NCBI RefSeq assembly: GCF_006345805.1
Contig: NC_042997.1
Coordinates: 111,538,001-111,602,000, forward strand
Reading direction: 5' to 3'
DNA: 64,000 nt
From: Octopus sinensis
Lineage: Eukaryota
Under the pieces are notes generated by a model. That model was given only the letters and a program-made list of their open reading frames with translations, did no database searches and was not told the DNA's origin. A program made the position numbers and the translations under genes. Positions 63,118 through 64,000 of this stretch are shown here, one piece after another (within the stretch, counting starts at the first letter, position 1; each line of letters begins with the position of its first letter).

Positions 63118-64000
63118 GTTATGTGAACGATATTTTGAAAACAAGTGTTCAGTATTTAATTTCATACATATAACTGAGTGAGTGAGTGAGTGAGTGAGGA
63201 GTGAGAGAGAGAGAAACTGATAAATACAATTTGTGATAAAAATTGAGTTTATTTTAAAATGTCAGTCTTCAGAGCCATACCTTTAAACGCTGTTGCCTGC
63301 TTTAGCATCTGTCACTGCCACCCACTCCATCTGTTGTTTTACTCATTTTCCCCCCTCACTCACGTGACTGACAGGACACTCTTTGCATTAATTAAATGCA
63401 AGATGCTTTGACTCTGGCAGTCATTTGCCCTCAGTGTCTTGAACCCAGAACACTTATGAATGAAGCTTTATAGTTTAAACACTGTCAATCTTCCATCACA
63501 GTTATTTCTGGTGCCACAAGAACACCAATCAACCCTTTTAACACCAAGCTACCCGAAACCATCTCTGGTTGCATGAGACCAACTTCCTGTTTTAAAGTTG
63601 AAATTCTTACATAAAAATTTCATCTTTTACATTTTTATTCTTTCTCTTGTTTCAGTCATTTGACCGTGGCCATGCTGGGGCACTGCCTTGAAAAGTTTTA
63701 GTCAGATGAATCAATTCCAGGACTTATTTTTTAAGCCTGGTACTTATTCTATTGGCTTCTTTTGCTGAACTGCTAAGTTATGAGGATGTAAACACACCAA
63801 CACCAATTGTCAAGCATTGGGACAAACACACACACACACACACACGACAGGCTTCCTACAGTTTCTATCTACCAAATCCAAGTGTGACCGATACCAACTT
63901 CTTGTTTAAGAGTGACCTAAATTAAAATCTTCCATCAAAATACTAGCTTTAACCCACTAACTGCCAAATTTTTTTACTCATATTTTTTGGCTTTGCCAGG

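Overview
Repeat-dense eukaryotic genomic DNA. The SINE/LINE repertoire looks like an octopus (coleoid cephalopod) genome; this is inferred from recognition, not from a search. There is one 100-N scaffold gap (40898-40997). One host gene is supported: RSPRY1 (RING finger and SPRY domain-containing 1) on the minus strand. Five consecutive GT-AG exons (35095-34930, 9576-9450, 5538-5477, 4227-4164, 2884-2744) splice in frame into a peptide matching the region of RSPRY1 upstream of the SPRY domain; one intron is about 25.4 kb. The rest is mobile DNA: at least four tRNA-headed SINE-like families, many RTE LINE 3' tails plus RT fragments, a CR1-type RT fragment, RLE-type LINE ends, two Penelope-like elements of different clades (Neptune-like 44.1-47.0 kb, Naiad-like 59.9-62.9 kb), Tc1/mariner and hAT MITEs, and several mini/microsatellites. 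Main leads: (1) nine minimal type-I hammerhead-ribozyme-like motifs in about six repeat families, including a tRNA-headed SINE-like element that ends in a Penelope-type hammerhead; (2) an RSPRY1 exon looped between ~225-bp inverted repeats next to a perfect 62-nt hairpin; (3) a 2.5-kb higher-order array built from an RTE 3'UTR; (4) a candidate 11-nt RSPRY1 micro-exon. All alignments and folds were done by eye, and repeat boundaries are approximate.
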